A stretch of DNA of 17,658 nucleotides, taken from positions 1 to 17,658 of the forward strand of contig JAQWMJ010000007.1 in assembly GCA_029246845.1 (NCBI GenBank), read 5' to 3'. Shown here piece after piece: positions 16,453 to 17,658 of the stretch. The position numbers and the translations under genes were made by a program. Positions within the stretch are counted from its first letter, which is position 1, and every line of letters starts with the position of its first letter. The notes under the pieces were generated by a model. The model was not told the origin of the DNA. It worked only from the letters and a program-made list of their open reading frames with translations, and did not search any database. This stretch comes from Thermodesulfobacteriota bacterium. GTDB taxonomy: Bacteria; Desulfobacterota_D; UBA1144.

Positions 16453-17175
16453 TTAAGAAACAACTGTCCCAATTTTTTTACCTTGCACAATACTTTTAAT
16501 GTTATTTTTCTGAAATAAATTAAATACGCATATCGGTATATTATTATCTTTACATAATGATATTGCAGTTGAATCCATTATTTCTAATTCTTTTTCTAAA
16601 ACCTGCATAAATTTTAACTTTTTAAACATTTTCGCACCTTTATACTTAACAGGATCTTTATCGTAAACACCATTAACTTTTGTACCTTTTAATATAATTT
16701 GTGCGTCGATCTCTAAAGCTCTCAATGAGGCTGCAGTATCAGTGGTAAAATAAGGATTCCCAGTACCAGCGGCAAAAATAACTATCCTACCTTTCTCTAG
16801 ATGTCTCATGGCTCTTCTTTGTATATAAGGTTCTGCTACTCTATTTAACTCTAATGCTGACATTACTCTAGTAATAGAGCCTTCTTTCTCTAAAAAATGC
16901 TGGAGAGCTAATGAATTAATTGCAGTAGCTAACATCCCCATATAATCAGCAGTGGTTCTATCCATACCTTGGGCTGCAGCAGATACTCCTCTGTAAATAT
17001 TTCCTGCGCCAATAACTATTGAAACCTGAACACCTAATTTTGAAACCTCAGAGATTTCTTTAGCTATTCTTTCTAAAGTGAGGTTATCAATTCCATAACC
17101 TTGACTTCCTTGTAATGCCTCACCACTTAATTTTAATAGGATTTTAGTAAAAGAAAGATTCTTTTTACTACTCAT
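16453..17175 (-). CDS. pyrH: Uridylate kinase
   Basis: [56 protein letters not shown]. Confidence 0.98.
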   Translation of the reverse strand: MSSKKNLSFTKILLKLSGEALQGSQGYGIDNLTLERIAKEISEVSKLGVQVSIVIGAGNIYRGVSAAAQGMDRTTADYMGMLATAINSLALQHFLEKEGSITRVMSALELNRVAEPYIQRRAMRHLEKGRIVIFAAGTGNPYFTTDTAASLRALEIDAQIILKGTKVNGVYDKDPVKYKGAKMFKKLKFMQVLEKELEIMDSTAISLCKDNNIPICVFNLFQKNNIKSIVQGKKIGTVVS

Positions 17176-17656
17176 TGGTTACTGTTTCACCAATTTGAAA
17201 TCTAACAAATCTTGATATTTTAATATTCTCACCGAGTTTTGAGACTAATTCGTTTAACAGATCTTCTACTTTAAGTTTAGAGTCTCTTATGTATACTTGA
17301 TTCAACAAACAAGACTCCTCAAGTATCTTATTAAGCTTACCTAAGACCATCTTCTCAACAATCTCAGGTTTTTTACCCGAATCTTCTAGTTGAGCCAAGA
17401 TTATCTTCTTTTCATCTTCAATAAATATATCGGGCATATCATCTTTTGAAACAAATTTTGGGTCAGATGCAGCTATTTGCATAGCTACTTCTTTAGCAAA
17501 ATCTTGAAACTCACTATTTCTTGCAACAAAATCTGTTTCGCAATTAATCTCAACAATGATACCTATCTTTCCACCCGCGTGAATATATGAGAAAATTTGC
17601 CCCTCAGGTGTATTTCTTCCACTTTTTTTCTCGACTTTAGATAGTCCTTTAATTTT
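17168..17656 (-). CDS. tsf: Translation elongation factor Ts (short type), 5'-truncated by window edge
   Basis: Frame stays open beyond 17482 to the window end: [63 protein letters not shown] (TDFV motif); C-terminal [17 protein letters not shown]. 8-bp overlap with pyrH start. Confidence 0.96.
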   Translation of the reverse strand, partial: KIKGLSKVEKKSGRNTPEGQIFSYIHAGGKIGIIVEINCETDFVARNSEFQDFAKEVAMQIAASDPKFVSKDDMPDIFIEDEKKIILAQLEDSGKKPEIVEKMVLGKLNKILEESCLLNQVYIRDSKLKVEDLLNELVSKLGENIKISRFVRFQIGETVTNE

Positions 17657-17658
17657 TA

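Noticed and set aside
1..17658. CRISPR array, IS element, prophage, tRNA/rRNA or defence system
   Set aside because: No repeat-spacer pattern, transposase, integrase or phage genes seen, and no unassigned gap large or GC-rich enough for structured RNA genes.

Overview
Gene-dense, AT-rich (roughly 30% GC by eye) bacterial chromosomal segment with very short intergenic gaps. I saw no mobile element, CRISPR array, rRNA or tRNA. Left to right: a 5'-truncated sigma-70 family factor, an unlisted 50-aa basic ORF, an SRPBCC/TIGR01777 (YfcH-like) fusion, pdxH, a DUF1285-like gene and hemW (-). Then a long + strand run: TolC, MacA-like adaptor, ABC ATPase, MacB-like permease, a 64-aa membrane protein, uppS, dxr, rseP. 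Then chdC/hemQ-like and a UPF0173 hydrolase (-), serS and DUF378 (+), and frr, pyrH and a 5'-truncated short-type tsf (-). Inference: a streamlined diderm, possibly marine Ca. Dadabacteria/Desulfobacterota-related (unverified). Most notable: (1) the adaptor has a ~135-aa cytoplasmic N-terminal extension of proline-punctuated basic amphipathic ~22-mers; (2) the exporter runs into uppS-dxr-rseP, with cdsA absent and several conserved UppS residues substituted; (3) one inversion would restore the canonical frr-uppS junction; (4) two small ORFs with good translational signals. No searches were run; all family calls are from motif recognition.
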